A DNA stretch of 54,137 nucleotides from a virus. Lineage: Duplodnaviria > Caudoviricetes. Below are positions 53,345 through 54,137 of this stretch, one piece after another. The stretch covers positions 1-54,137 of the IMG/VR virus record IMGVR_UViG_3300020233_000010; one strand, 5' to 3'. The position numbers and the translations under genes were made by a program. The notes beneath the pieces are model-generated. The model did no database searches. It saw only the letters and a list, made by a program, of their open reading frames with translations, and had not been told where the DNA came from. The number at the start of each line of letters is the position of its first letter. Position 1 is the stretch's first letter.

Positions 53345-54137
53345 CGTTGACGTTTTTTGTCACAGCTCTGTTATCCATTTCGCCATTGACGTTTTTTGTC
53401 ACAGCTCTGTTACCCATTTCGCCATTGACGTTTTTTGTCACAGCTCTGTTGGCGTTTTCAACTATAAACATTCCATTAAATAATAAGTCCCGCGCATCTG
53501 TAACAGTACCGAAGTGTTCTAGAACTTTTAACCACCATTTGAACGGTCTGACGGTTAGATGCAGAACCTCACCCATCTGTTTTCCGAAATGATCTTCATG
53601 GAAACATATATGGAAAAAAGCTTTGTCACATCTTTCCACAATATTTTCTATCACCTCAGTTACATAGAACTCTGGTATATGTTCCATGACATCGCAACAA
53701 TACCCTATGTCCGAATGTTTTAGTCCTACTATCTGTTCCCATAGATTTCCTATAATAAGCTTGTCACCTATCTTCTCTTTCACTTCCTTATCTAAACAGT
53801 TATCAGCTATGTCTACCATCTGTACCTGCAATCCACATTCATGGAAGAACAGGCTTGCTCTACCAGTACCAGATCCGAAGTCTGTTATTGACGATCCAGT
53901 GTCTGGCTTAGCTGTCATCATAAAAGGCATTATCATGTTCTCTCCAGGAGAAAATGTCCGGTAATCATCGTTCATCCATGCCTTACTGTATTTTTCTCTT
54001 TCTACATCGCTTTCGCCATTGACGTTTTTTGTCACAGCTCTGTTATCTATTTCGCCATTGACGTTTTTTGTCACAGCTCTGTTAGCTATTTCGCCATTGA
54101 CGTTTTTTGTCACAGCTCTGTTAGCTATTTCGCCATT
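53316..54137 (-). CDS. Class I SAM-dependent methyltransferase flanked at both ends by 13-aa repeats (starts at 147 across the junction)
   Basis: DFGSGTG, VDIA, CCDVMEHIP, HLTV...WW. Confidence 0.85.
   Translation of the reverse strand, partial: NGEIANRAVTKNVNGEIANRAVTKNVNGEIDNRAVTKNVNGESDVEREKYSKAWMNDDYRTFSPGENMIMPFMMTAKPDTGSSITDFGSGTGRASLFFHECGLQVQMVDIADNCLDKEVKEKIGDKLIIGNLWEQIVGLKHSDIGYCCDVMEHIPEFYVTEVIENIVERCDKAFFHICFHEDHFGKQMGEVLHLTVRPFKWWLKVLEHFGTVTDARDLLFNGMFIVENANRAVTKNVNGEMGNRAVTKNVNGEMDNRAVTKNVNGESGGNDNG
53338..53450. repeat. 39-bp tandem repeat, about 3 copies (C-terminal array)
   Basis: Same unit as 1-129 and 54011-54137. Confidence 0.95.
54011..54137. repeat. 39-bp tandem repeat, about 3.3 copies (N-terminal array, broken by the contig end)
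   Basis: Seen directly. Confidence 0.97.

Noticed and set aside
53338-54137. 39-bp repeats as a CRISPR array
   Set aside because: Units are directly adjacent with no unique spacers, are a multiple of 3 within an ORF, and no cas operon is present.

Overview
The window looks like an essentially complete, circularly permuted ~54 kb genome of a tailed dsDNA phage (siphovirus-like). The contig ends share 66 identical bases inside a 39-bp tandem repeat, and a methyltransferase ORF reads in frame across the junction. The minus strand carries packaging and morphogenesis genes: TerS/TerL, portal, MuF-like protein, HK97 protease and capsid, decoration protein, head-tail and tail genes with a -1 frameshifted chaperone, tape measure, tail tip and lysis genes. 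The plus strand carries primase-helicase, many small early ORFs, a MoxR-type AAA/vWA-like pair, Pol A, nucleases and an SNF2 helicase. I recognised no integrase, repressor, tRNA or CRISPR array. Highlights: (1) a seven-gene thymidine-hypermodification operon with an unusual combination of dUMP hydroxymethylase-like enzyme, stand-alone aGPT-Pplase1 domain, GT-B glycosyltransferase, sulfotransferase-fold protein, radical SAM/SPASM enzyme, HD hydrolase and DUF1599-like protein, but no recognisable kinase or amino-acid:DNA transferase; (2) a second modification cassette (repeat-flanked methyltransferase and a sulfotransferase-Maf/DUF115 fusion) inside the head operon next to a Ser/Thr-rich 24-aa-repeat fibre protein; (3) an ECF sigma factor inside the lysis cassette. 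All family calls come from recognising motifs by eye; no database searches were run.
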